A stretch of 64,000 nucleotides of DNA, from contig JBBRAG010000015.1 of the NCBI GenBank assembly GCA_038206945.1, positions 8,617 to 72,616 of the forward strand. Reading direction: 5' to 3'. Origin of the DNA: Bacteroidia bacterium (GTDB taxonomy: Bacteria > Bacteroidota > Bacteroidia > B-17B0 > Aurantibacillaceae). Made by a program: the position numbers and the translations under genes. Positions 1 to 9,181 of the stretch are shown one piece after another; the first letter of the stretch is position 1; every line of letters starts with the position of its first letter. The notes beneath the pieces are model-generated. The model searched no databases. It saw nothing but the letters and a program-made list of their open reading frames with translations, and was not told the DNA's origin.

Positions 1-1091
1 CACGTATGTAGGCAAGCGGACAAACAATAATTTTTTCTTTCTCAACCATTTCTTCAATTTGTTTGTACTCTTTATCTTTTTCGCCAAACAAGCTTTTAAT
101 AAATTTTAAATTATCCCACAATGGTTCCATGTAGGGGTTAAGTTTAGATTTTATATCGCCCGGTAAATAACCAATATCTTTATTGCTTAACGGAACAATT
201 GGACGTGCAATATATATTTGATGGAAATTACGACGTTGCTCTAAAGCCCCTGCAATAGATAAAAGCGTTTTACCTGTACCGGCCACGCCTTGTATAGAAA
301 CTAATTTTATGTTAGGATTTAAAATAGCATCAATAGCAAAAGCTTGTTCTGCATTTTTTGGAACAACATTAAACGCCACCGTTTTATTTACACGACGCAG
401 TGTTTTAGTTTCTTGCTCGTAAGCGGCAAGCACCGATTTTTGTCCGTTTTTTAAAACGAAAAAATGATTTGCTTCAGGCGAATCTCTTTTGTGCGTAGAA
501 GAAACATCTACTTCGTTTTTTTGATAAAGCGTATCAATGGCGTGCATCGGTGCTTTTTCAATAGTGGTAATGCCTGTATAAAGCTCATCAACATGCTTGA
601 TTTTTCCGGTTTCATAATCTTCGGCAGCCATATTTAAAGCTTTGGCTTTTAAGCGAAGGTTAATGTCTTTACTAATTAAAACAACTTTTTTATCCGGGTA
701 TTCTTCGGCAACTTTAAGAGCACAGTTAAGTATTTTATGATCGGCTTTGCGTTCTCCAAAAACAAAATCGGCATCTAACGCTTTTGCTTTTTGTGCAAAT
801 TCTATTTTAAAATTGCCATGTCCTTTTCCGTTTATGGGCGTCCAGTTTTGTAAAGAGTGGTTACCCGAAAGCTTATCTAAATATCTTGAAAACTCGCGCG
901 CAGCAAAGTTTTTTGTGTCGTTCCCTTTTTTAAACTGATCAAGTTCTTCCAACACCGTAATTGGTATAACCACATCATGCTCATGAAAATGTTTAATAGC
1001 TGTGTGATCATATATAATTACCGAAGTATCTAAAACAAAAATTTTTTTCGTTTTAATTTGTTTGCTACCACTAACCACTTTCTTAGCCATA
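1..1091 (-). CDS. PhoH family protein (PIN + PhoH ATPase), truncated at window start; not in ORF track
   Basis: Manual translation from ATG at 1091: MAKKVVSGSKQIKTKKIFVLDTSVIIYDH (PIN start), IPITVLEELD, Walker A GVAGTGKT near 280-290; frame runs off the window. Confidence 0.9.
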
Positions 1092-1243
1092 CATTAATTT
1101 TTTTTAAAGCTATTATTTTAAAAACGAATGCTTCTATGAAAGCTTTTAATATTTTCAACAATTATATGTTAAAGCGATAATTGACGGGTATAAAGTCAGT
1201 TAAAAAAAAAGATTATTTTTACAGCATACCATAACTTAATTAT

Positions 1244-2683
1244 ATGTCTTTATTTAGAAAAAAATCTATTGAACAATTGTTGGGAAACTCTGCCAACGAA
1301 AAAGGACTTAAAAAAACCTTAGGCGCAGGCTCCTTAATTGCATTAGGAATTGGAGCTATTATAGGCGCCGGTTTATTTGTACGAACAGCCGCCGCATCTG
1401 CCGAAGCTGCCGGACCCGCTGTAACCTTATCCTTTGTTGTAGCAGCTATAGGTTGTTTATTTGCGGGTTTATGCTACGCAGAATTTGCCGCCATGATACC
1501 TATTGCAGGTAGCGCCTATACATATGCATACGCAACTATGGGCGAACTTGTTGCCTGGGTTATTGGTTGGGCTTTAATTATGGAATACGCCTTAGGAGCC
1601 GCAACGGTATCTATTGCGTGGAGCGAATACTTAAACAATTTGGTGGGCGGTGCTATACCTTATCAATGGTGCCACTCGCCATTTGAAACATCTGCAACAG
1701 GAATAAGCGGAATGATAAATCTACCGGCATTATTTATTTTATTGGCACTTACTTTATTACTTATAAAAGGCACGCAAGAATCTGCTTTTGTAAATGCCAT
1801 TATAGTTTTTATTAAAGTAGCTATTGTACTAGTATTTATAGCAGTAGGCTGGGGCTTTATGAATCCGGCTAACCACTCACCTTATTTAATTCCGGAAGGA
1901 GTTGCCGGCCACGAAGGGATTTTTAAATACGGCTGGGGTGGTGTACTTGGCGGTGCCGCCATTGTGTTTTTTGCTTTTATTGGTTTTGATGCGGTATCTA
2001 CAGCTGCACAGGAAGCTAAAAACCCTAAACGCGATATGCCTATCGGAATTTTAGGTTCTTTGGCGGTTTGTACCATTTTATATGTTTTATTCTCTTACGT
2101 ATTAACAGGTGTTGCTAATTGGAGTGAGTTTGAACATGCAGGTAAAGAAGCATCTGTAGCGTATGCTATTAAAGAGCACATGCCTGGTTATGCGTGGTTA
2201 GGCACAGCAGTTACAGTTGCTATTTTGGCAGGGTTTTCATCGGTTATTTTAGTGATGTTAATGGGACAATCTCGTGTGTTTTATTCAATGTCTAAAGATG
2301 GATTATTACCTGCTGTTTTCTCTGATTTACATCCTAAATTCAGCACCCCACATAAATCAAACTGGATTTTATTTGTCTTTGTTGGCTTGTTTGCAGCCTT
2401 TGTGCCGGGCAGCATTGCCGGAGATTTAACCTCGTTTGGAACCTTATTTGCTTTTGTATTAGTAAGTGCCGGTATTTGGATCTTACGCCGTGCGCAACCA
2501 AATTTAGAGCGTCCGTTTAAAACCCCGCTTGTGCCATTAGTGCCAATTTTAGGTATTTTAGTTTGCGCAGGCATGATTATCGCTTTAGATGTTAATACCC
2601 TTGCTGCTGCAGGATTATGGATGGTTTTAGGGCTTGTAGTGTATTTTTTATATGGAAAAAATAATAGTAAGCTTAACAAATAA
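1244..2683 (+). CDS. APC-family amino acid permease
   Basis: GIGAIIGAGLF, FFAFIGFDAVST and EEAKNP-like motifs; about 12 hydrophobic segments. Confidence 0.92.
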   Translation: MSLFRKKSIEQLLGNSANEKGLKKTLGAGSLIALGIGAIIGAGLFVRTAAASAEAAGPAVTLSFVVAAIGCLFAGLCYAEFAAMIPIAGSAYTYAYATMGELVAWVIGWALIMEYALGAATVSIAWSEYLNNLVGGAIPYQWCHSPFETSATGISGMINLPALFILLALTLLLIKGTQESAFVNAIIVFIKVAIVLVFIAVGWGFMNPANHSPYLIPEGVAGHEGIFKYGWGGVLGGAAIVFFAFIGFDAVSTAAQEAKNPKRDMPIGILGSLAVCTILYVLFSYVLTGVANWSEFEHAGKEASVAYAIKEHMPGYAWLGTAVTVAILAGFSSVILVMLMGQSRVFYSMSKDGLLPAVFSDLHPKFSTPHKSNWILFVFVGLFAAFVPGSIAGDLTSFGTLFAFVLVSAGIWILRRAQPNLERPFKTPLVPLVPILGILVCAGMIIALDVNTLAAAGLWMVLGLVVYFLYGKNNSKLNK

Positions 2684-2826
2684 GACCATTTGGCAGATTA
2701 ATAAAATTGGAAAGAAAATTGATAACTCATATCAAACAAATCAGTAACTTTAAATAAAAATTAGATACGAGCAAAGCGAATACATGAGTGCAAATTAAAA
2801 AAACAATAACTTAAAACGAATAAATC

Positions 2827-3144
2827 ATGGCAGTAGAAATCACAGACTCAAACTTCGAATCATTAGTAAAAAACTCTGATAAATTAGTATTAGTAGATTT
2901 TTGGGCAGAATGGTGTGGTCCGTGCCGTATGGTAGGCCCAATTGTAGAAGAATTAGCAAAAGAATACGAAGGTAAAGCAGTTATTGGTAAAATAAATGTA
3001 GATAACAATCCTAATGTATCAATGGAATTTGGTGTGCGCAACATACCAACTATTTTATTCTTTAAAAACGGTAAAGTAGTTGATAAACAAGTTGGCGCAG
3101 TGCCAAAAGCACAGTTAGCGGCTAAATTAGAAGCGCAACTTTAA
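2827..3144 (+). CDS. trxA: thioredoxin
   Basis: WCGPC active site, 105 aa. Confidence 0.97.
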   Translation: MAVEITDSNFESLVKNSDKLVLVDFWAEWCGPCRMVGPIVEELAKEYEGKAVIGKINVDNNPNVSMEFGVRNIPTILFFKNGKVVDKQVGAVPKAQLAAKLEAQL

Positions 3145-3234
3145 TCAGTTTTTCAGTTAGCAATTATCAGTAAGCAGGTGTAAAACTAATTATTGGTAGT
3201 TGCTTTTTGTTTACTGCTAACTGTTTACTGATAA
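3145..3234. repeat. heptamer-periodic imperfect inverted repeat filling the trxA-DUF58 spacer
   Basis: Left arm CAGTTAG/CAATTAT/CAGTAAG/CAG; right arm CTGCTAA/CTGTTTA/CTGATAA is its reverse complement in kind. Confidence 0.75.
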
Positions 3235-4167
3235 ATGATAACCCATCCTCAATACATTCAAAAGTACACAGCTTTAGAATTGCTTGCCAAACAAGTAGTT
3301 GAGGGTTTTATAACAGGCTTGCATAAAAGTCCGTTTCACGGTTTTTCGGTAGAGTTTGCCGAACACAGAATTTATAATCCGGGCGAAAGCACCAAACATA
3401 TTGATTGGAAACTTTACGGACGAAGCGATAAACTTTTTATCAAGCGTTACGAAGAAGAAACTAATCTTCGTTGTCAGTTAGTGATAGATGCTTCTTCATC
3501 TATGTATTATCCGGTAGATGCAAAATTGGATGCGCAAAATCAAAACAATAAAATAAATTTCGCCATACAAAGTGCCGCCGTTCTTTCCGAATTATTATTG
3601 CGACAAAGAGATGCGGTTGGTTTAAGTATCTTTTCGGATAAAATAAATTTTCATTCTAATGCACGCGCCAGCAACACGCAAAAAAAAATGTTGTTTACCG
3701 AATTAGAAAATTTGCAACAACATTATAAGTCTGAAGGTAAGTCGGAAACCCTTGCCGGTAGCCTTTTAGACCAAATTGCAGAGATTGTACACAAGCGTTC
3801 GCTCATTATTATTTTTAGTGATATGTTTGAAGGTTCTGACAACGAAGAAGCCTTGTTTTCTGCACTTCAACATTTAAAACATCGTAAACACGAAGTGCTG
3901 TTGTTTCACGTGCACGATAAAAAAAGTGAATTGGATTTTGATTTTGAAAATCGTCCGTACCATTTTATAGATATGGAAACCGGCGAAGAAATAAAATTAA
4001 ATCCTGCACAAGCCAAAGAAAATTATTTAGCACGCATGACAAGTTACATCAGCAATTTAAAAACTAAATGCGGCCAATACAAAGTAGATTTTATTGATGC
4101 CGATATTTCTGAAGGCTTTGATAAAGTGTTGCACGCATATCTTATAAAAAGAGGCACTATACTTTAG
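3235..4167 (+). CDS. DUF58 domain protein (vWA-like)
   Basis: G.HKSPFHGFSVEFAEHR.Y.PG, IDWK, EEETN, DASSSM motifs. Confidence 0.92.
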   Translation: MITHPQYIQKYTALELLAKQVVEGFITGLHKSPFHGFSVEFAEHRIYNPGESTKHIDWKLYGRSDKLFIKRYEEETNLRCQLVIDASSSMYYPVDAKLDAQNQNNKINFAIQSAAVLSELLLRQRDAVGLSIFSDKINFHSNARASNTQKKMLFTELENLQQHYKSEGKSETLAGSLLDQIAEIVHKRSLIIIFSDMFEGSDNEEALFSALQHLKHRKHEVLLFHVHDKKSELDFDFENRPYHFIDMETGEEIKLNPAQAKENYLARMTSYISNLKTKCGQYKVDFIDADISEGFDKVLHAYLIKRGTIL

Positions 4168-4171
4168 TTGA

Positions 4172-4834
4172 ATGACTAAGCAAGAACGATACGATCACAT
4201 CTTAAATTACTTTCAGCAAAACGATTCTCCGGCTGAAACGGAATTGCATTATGAAGATCCGTTTCAGTTATTAGTATCTGTTATTCTCTCGGCACAGTGC
4301 ACAGATAAGCGCGTTAACATGGTTACGCCAAAATTATTTAAAGATTACCCAACGGCGGAAGATTTAGCCGTAAGCACCCCCGAAATTATTTTTAATTACA
4401 TACGCAGCATTAGTTACCCAAACAATAAAGCAAAACATTTAGTTGGCATGGCGCAAATGCTGGTAAATAATTTTAAGAGTAAAATACCCAAAGAAGTTTA
4501 TGAGCTTGTAAAACTGCCGGGCGTGGGCAGAAAAACAGCCAATGTAATTGCATCCGTTGTGTATGATAAACCTACCATGGCGGTAGATACACATGTGTTT
4601 AGAGTTTCGGCACGATTGGGTTTAACAACCAATGCAAAAAATGTGTTGCAGGCCGAAAAACAATTGATTAAATTTATACCTGAAGAGCTGGTTCCAAAAG
4701 CGCATCATTGGTTAATTTTGCACGGAAGATATATTTGTTTGGCAAGAAAACCCTTATGTGAAAAATGTCCGCTAACGCAATGGTGCAAATATTTTCAAAT
4801 TAAAATATTAAAGAAAAATGATCCAGCGATATAA
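4172..4834 (+). CDS. nth: endonuclease III
   Basis: LSAQCTDKRVN, HhH LPGVGRKTA, VDTHV, C-x6-C-x2-C-x5-C 4Fe-4S motif. Confidence 0.96.
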   Translation: MTKQERYDHILNYFQQNDSPAETELHYEDPFQLLVSVILSAQCTDKRVNMVTPKLFKDYPTAEDLAVSTPEIIFNYIRSISYPNNKAKHLVGMAQMLVNNFKSKIPKEVYELVKLPGVGRKTANVIASVVYDKPTMAVDTHVFRVSARLGLTTNAKNVLQAEKQLIKFIPEELVPKAHHWLILHGRYICLARKPLCEKCPLTQWCKYFQIKILKKNDPAI

Positions 4835-4901
4835 AATACTTTTGCTATTATTATTTGCAAGCTTTATAGATAATGGTTGTGCGGTAGAGAAAGCTTATTG
4901 T

Positions 4902-4909
4902 TACATTTG
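4902..4909 (+). promoter_or_regulatory. Bacteroidota sigma70 -7 box TACATTTG
   Basis: Matches TAnnTTTG, 12 nt before ATG 4922. Confidence 0.6.
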
Positions 4910-4921
4910 TACCAGAAAATA

Positions 4922-5044
4922 ATGCGTAAACGATATAAACTTATACTTGTATTACTAACTACATCTTTACTGATGAACAGCTGTTTTATCTTTCGCCCCA
5001 AGAACAAGTGCGATACTTGCCCGCATTTTGGTAAGAAGCATTAA
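4922..5044 (+). CDS. small 40-aa putative lipoprotein (not in ORF track)
   Basis: MRKRYKLILVLLTTSLLMNS-CFIFRPKNKCDTCPHFGKKH*: basic N-region, hydrophobic core, lipobox Cys, upstream -7 box. Confidence 0.7.
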   Translation: MRKRYKLILVLLTTSLLMNSCFIFRPKNKCDTCPHFGKKH

Positions 5045-5057
5045 TTTATACAGGCGT

Positions 5058-6920
5058 ATGTTTCTAAAATTAAAAAACATAAAGCCGCAGCATTTTTTTC
5101 TTTTTGTTGCTATAAGTTTCTTTCTTCTATTAAATATAGTAACACCTCCACTACAAGCTCCTGATGAATTCAATCATTTTTATAAAGCGTATCAAATAGC
5201 CGGCGGACAATTTTTACCCAACAAAGTTGATAACCGCCTGGGTGGCGAAATTCCCAACAGTATTAATAAGTTTGTTTTTTCTTTTGATAATGCCGCTACC
5301 GAAAAACGCCTGACTTTATCAAAACAAGATGTTTTTAACGGCTTTCATATTACCTACACACAAGATACTGCAAGGTTTAAAGATTTTCCTAATACATCTT
5401 ACTACTCTCCCATCTCTTACCTACCGCAAGCAATCTCAATTTTTATTACAAAACAATTTACCTGCTCGGTTGCTACCATGTATTATGCAGCCCGGTTATT
5501 TGCTTTTTTACTTTGGCTTATTTGCATGTTTTTTGTTATTAAAACAGTACCCGTATATAAATGGTTGGTTACGTTTATATGCTTACTACCCATGAATATT
5601 TATATTACAAATTCTTTCAGCGCTGATACAGTAAGTAATATTTTATCCTTTTTATTTATCGCTTTAATCTTAAAGCATACTTTTTCTGAAACTCCATTTC
5701 GGGTAAAAGATCTAATTCCATTGCTTATAATAATCTCCTTGCTTGCGCTGGCAAAAGTTGTGTATGCAGCGTTAGTATTATCTTTTTTGATCATTCCTTT
5801 TACAAAGTTTAAAAGCAAATCTTTTTATTTTTCCTCTATCGGAATTTTATTTTTTGTTGCCTTTATTGTTTCCTATTACTGGTCATCGGTAGTTATGAGC
5901 CATTATACACCTTACGTAGATTATAACCCAGAACACCGAGATTGGATATGCTTAACACACAATTCCAACTACTACGAACAAAAGGCATATATTTTAAGTA
6001 ATGGTACATATTTTTTAAAAGTAATTTATCATTCTCTTTTTAATCATCCAAACACCTACTTAGATGGTTACATTGGTGTGTTTGGTAACAGTGATATACC
6101 CTTGCCTAATTTATTATTATGGACGAGTTATGCCGTACTTATTTTTATCGCACTCTTTGAAAAAAATAATTTTTCTTTCACACTTCAACAGAAACTTATT
6201 TTAGTAGTCGCCTCGTTTGCGGCCTTTGTTTTGCTACTACTTTCTCAACATTTAACCTGGGATGCCGTGGGCGAAGGCGTTGTTGATGTAGTGCAGGGCC
6301 GTTATCTTATTCCTTTGTTTCCATTTGTCTTTTTTGCTATGGGTGGTTTTAAATTAAAAGCTACTATTAATTATGTATACATAATTTTTTTACTGCTATT
6401 TGTTCTATATGGTTTTAGTTTAGATAGAATTAGACACAGGTATTTTGTTGGAGATTGCATAAAAGAAACCACTTTTACCTGCGATGCAGAAACAACTAAT
6501 CCGGAAGGCCAATTTATAACATCAAACGCAAACATTTTTTTGCCCGGTGGAAACATGAGAACCGATTCTATTTCGCATAGCGGAAATTTTTCTCTTTTAC
6601 TATCTGAACAAGCACCCTATGGATTTACCTATAAATTTAATGATTTACATGCAGGTGATCTATTAGAGATTTCTTTATGGCAAAAAGGACCAGCAGCCGT
6701 ATTGGTTATAGCAAGTGATGGCAATGCTTGCGAAAAAATTTACTTTTCCGCCAATACCGTTTTTTATTATGATGCTAAAGGATGGGGCAGGTTATACAAT
6801 AAATTTTTAATGACTCAGAAATGTAAAAATGTCAAGCTTGCGTTTTATGCCTGGAACCCCGGTAAAGAAAAAATATACGTGGATGATTTAAAGTTTAGTA
6901 TTAAAAGATTTAAACAATAA
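5058..6920 (+). CDS. DUF2142-type polytopic membrane protein (GT-C-like) with C-terminal soluble CBM-like domain
   Basis: PPLQAPDE..H motif, multiple TM helices, QGRY..P motif. Start moved from 5028 to ATG 5058 because 5028 overlaps the small lipoprotein ORF. Confidence 0.75.
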   Translation: MFLKLKNIKPQHFFLFVAISFFLLLNIVTPPLQAPDEFNHFYKAYQIAGGQFLPNKVDNRLGGEIPNSINKFVFSFDNAATEKRLTLSKQDVFNGFHITYTQDTARFKDFPNTSYYSPISYLPQAISIFITKQFTCSVATMYYAARLFAFLLWLICMFFVIKTVPVYKWLVTFICLLPMNIYITNSFSADTVSNILSFLFIALILKHTFSETPFRVKDLIPLLIIISLLALAKVVYAALVLSFLIIPFTKFKSKSFYFSSIGILFFVAFIVSYYWSSVVMSHYTPYVDYNPEHRDWICLTHNSNYYEQKAYILSNGTYFLKVIYHSLFNHPNTYLDGYIGVFGNSDIPLPNLLLWTSYAVLIFIALFEKNNFSFTLQQKLILVVASFAAFVLLLLSQHLTWDAVGEGVVDVVQGRYLIPLFPFVFFAMGGFKLKATINYVYIIFLLLFVLYGFSLDRIRHRYFVGDCIKETTFTCDAETTNPEGQFITSNANIFLPGGNMRTDSISHSGNFSLLLSEQAPYGFTYKFNDLHAGDLLEISLWQKGPAAVLVIASDGNACEKIYFSANTVFYYDAKGWGRLYNKFLMTQKCKNVKLAFYAWNPGKEKIYVDDLKFSIKRFKQ

Positions 6921-7038
6921 TATCCATGTTAATTATATTAAAAACATTACCGTTGTATCGTAATTTTTTGTACTGGTTTCTTTACCAACAGTTGTGCTAA
7001 TAAAATAAATACCTGCTGTTAAGTTTTACAAAGCTATT

Positions 7039-7392
7039 TTAATTATAATAAGCAAACATTTTGTTTACTTTACCTTGCTCATTAAAAAACATGACTTCTA
7101 TTGCCATCTTATTCATAACTGATTTGTAATATAAGGCTACAGAATTTACACCCTCTGTTACTTCTATTAATTCAAAATGAAGGTCGGGTATTTTGTGAAG
7201 TGCTTTTGCCCAATAATCAGAGACAGATTGTTTTCCTTTTAAGGTACCGCTATCAATACCCATAACCACTTTTATCATAGGTGTGGTAATTTCAATATCT
7301 TCAGCATAATGGTTAAGTATTTGGATAAGATCATGAGAGTTCCAGGATGATACCCACACTCGCGCAAATTTTTGTGCATCCATTTTATACAA
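7039..7392 (-). CDS. SnoaL-like / NTF2-fold protein
   Basis: W..SWNSHDL..IL.HYAED, G.L.GK..V..YW pattern. Confidence 0.85.
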   Translation of the reverse strand: MYKMDAQKFARVWVSSWNSHDLIQILNHYAEDIEITTPMIKVVMGIDSGTLKGKQSVSDYWAKALHKIPDLHFELIEVTEGVNSVALYYKSVMNKMAIEVMFFNEQGKVNKMFAYYN

Positions 7393-7401
7393 TCTTATTA
7401 A

Positions 7402-8034
7402 TTATACTTCTTTCTTATTCCCTTTTAAAACGCCCAGTATAACCGGTACAACAGAGATGAAAATAATGCCAAGGCAAACTAAATCTATATGCTTTCTGAT
7501 AAATTCTACGTTGCCTAATAAAAAACCTGCCATGGTTAAAGAGAAAATCCACAATGCGCCACCTAACACATCAAAGCTGAAGAATTTTTTATAATTCATT
7601 TGTGCAATGCCCGCTGCAAAAGGTGCAAAGGTTCTTACAAAAGGTACAAAGCGCGCCATAATGATGGCTTTGGTACCATATTTTTCATAGAACAAATGGG
7701 TTTTAGCTAAATATTCTTCTTTTACAATAGGTTTACCTTTTAATTTTAATTGAAAAACTTTCAAGCCAACTGTCCTTCCAATCCAGTAGTTAACATTATC
7801 ACCTAAAATAGCGGCAATAAACAGCAGACTTAAAATATAAGATAGATCTAAATGTCCGGTGCGGGCAAATAAACCTGCTGTAAATAACAACGAATCGCCG
7901 GGAAGAAATGGCATAGCCACTAAACCGGTTTCAATAAAAATTACTAAAAATAAAATAACGTAAATAGATGTGCCATAGTTGGCAAACAACCAATCAAAAT
8001 CTAAATGAAATACATGTGTAAATAATTCTACCAT
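7402..8034 (-). CDS. DedA (VTT domain) family membrane protein
   Basis: IFIETGL..PFLPGDSLLF.AG, GDNVNYWIGR, ARFVPFVRTF. Confidence 0.93.
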   Translation of the reverse strand: MVELFTHVFHLDFDWLFANYGTSIYVILFLVIFIETGLVAMPFLPGDSLLFTAGLFARTGHLDLSYILSLLFIAAILGDNVNYWIGRTVGLKVFQLKLKGKPIVKEEYLAKTHLFYEKYGTKAIIMARFVPFVRTFAPFAAGIAQMNYKKFFSFDVLGGALWIFSLTMAGFLLGNVEFIRKHIDLVCLGIIFISVVPVILGVLKGNKKEV

Positions 8035-8050
8035 AAAATTTTTATAAGAT

Positions 8051-8368
8051 TTAGTATTTAGATAAAAATGGATCTATTTCCTCTATCCAAGCAATAATGC
8101 CACCTTTTAAATTGTATAGATTTTTATAGCCGTGCGCCTGCTCTAACATTTGCACAATAGAAGCCGACCTTTTACCACTGCGGCAATGCACAATCACTTT
8201 TTTATCCTTGCTAATTTTATCAACGTTATCAGCTACTTCGCCCATAGGTATGAGCTCTCCCCCAATATCGCAAATATCTTTTTCGTATTCTTCTCTTACA
8301 TCAATCAACTGGAAATCTTCTTTGTTATCCACCATTGATTTTAACTCTTGTACACTAATTTCTTGCAT
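8051..8368 (-). CDS. rhodanese-like domain protein
   Basis: LIDVRE..E, HCRSGKRS, NLKGGI.AW. Confidence 0.92.
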   Translation of the reverse strand: MQEISVQELKSMVDNKEDFQLIDVREEYEKDICDIGGELIPMGEVADNVDKISKDKKVIVHCRSGKRSASIVQMLEQAHGYKNLYNLKGGIIAWIEEIDPFLSKY

Positions 8369-8380
8369 AAATTTATTTTA

Positions 8381-9175
8381 TTATTCTGCTTTTTGCATAT
8401 TTTTTTCTCTGATATCATCTGGCAAATAAGAAAAGAAAGTATCTCCTCTAAGCCCGATACGCAAGGTTTCTAAAGGAATAATATCATCTGGACCAATGTT
8501 GCCTAAGTTTACATTAGCGCCCATTAATTTTATAAAATATACCTGTTGCGATTTTTGCGGTGTTTCCCAAATGATTGATTCTGCGGGTATTTTTGATGTG
8601 ATCCGATTAATCAGCATAACGTGTGCGCTTCCGCTTTTGTGAAAAATACCTACCGTGCCACTTTCTCTGGCTTCGGCAATTACTTTCCATGAACCGGCTT
8701 CCAACTCCGCTTTCATCATCTTAACCCATTTTGAAGGGTGAATAATAATACCTTCTTCTTTAGAACCTACTTCAGATAAAACGGTAACATGTTTGGCGAG
8801 TTGCTGAATGTATTCGCACTTTTTATCGTGCGCCAATTCGATAGAACCATCAGATACTTCGGCCATTTCTAACTTTAAAGACTCGATATGACGAATGTAA
8901 TCTTCAAATTTATTTCTAACGATGAAAGCTTCTAAAAGTGTGCCGCCTAAATAAGTTTTAATACCTGCTTGTTTGTATAAGGCAATTTTTTCTTTTACAT
9001 TTTTTGAAACGACTGATGTACCAAAGCCAAGTTTAACAACATCAACGTATTCGCCGCCGGCTTCTATAAAATCTTCTGCTTGTCGTAACGATAAGCCTTT
9101 ATCCATCACCATAGTAAAGCCGCTGTTACGAGGCTTTTCGGTGCGTTGAGGCATGTGTGGTAAATTAATATTCAT
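8381..9175 (-). CDS. comA: phosphosulfolactate synthase (ComA family)
   Basis: TMVMDKGL, VKLGFGTS, EVSDGSI, LSEVGSK, VIAEARESG, NVNLGNI. Confidence 0.9.
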   Translation of the reverse strand: MNINLPHMPQRTEKPRNSGFTMVMDKGLSLRQAEDFIEAGGEYVDVVKLGFGTSVVSKNVKEKIALYKQAGIKTYLGGTLLEAFIVRNKFEDYIRHIESLKLEMAEVSDGSIELAHDKKCEYIQQLAKHVTVLSEVGSKEEGIIIHPSKWVKMMKAELEAGSWKVIAEARESGTVGIFHKSGSAHVMLINRITSKIPAESIIWETPQKSQQVYFIKLMGANVNLGNIGPDDIIPLETLRIGLRGDTFFSYLPDDIREKNMQKAE

Positions 9176-9181
9176 AAATAA

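Noticed and set aside
747-938. 63-aa plus-strand ORF
   Set aside because: Antisense shadow of the PhoH gene (1-1091, minus).
1882-3044. Minus-strand ORFs 1882-2076, 2281-2679, 2811-3044
   Set aside because: Shadows of the permease and trxA; no motifs.
5007-5027. CDTCPH as a c-type heme motif
   Set aside because: It is CxxCP-H, not CxxCH.
4967-5173. 68-aa minus-strand ORF
   Set aside because: Antisense to the small lipoprotein and DUF2142 start; no family features.
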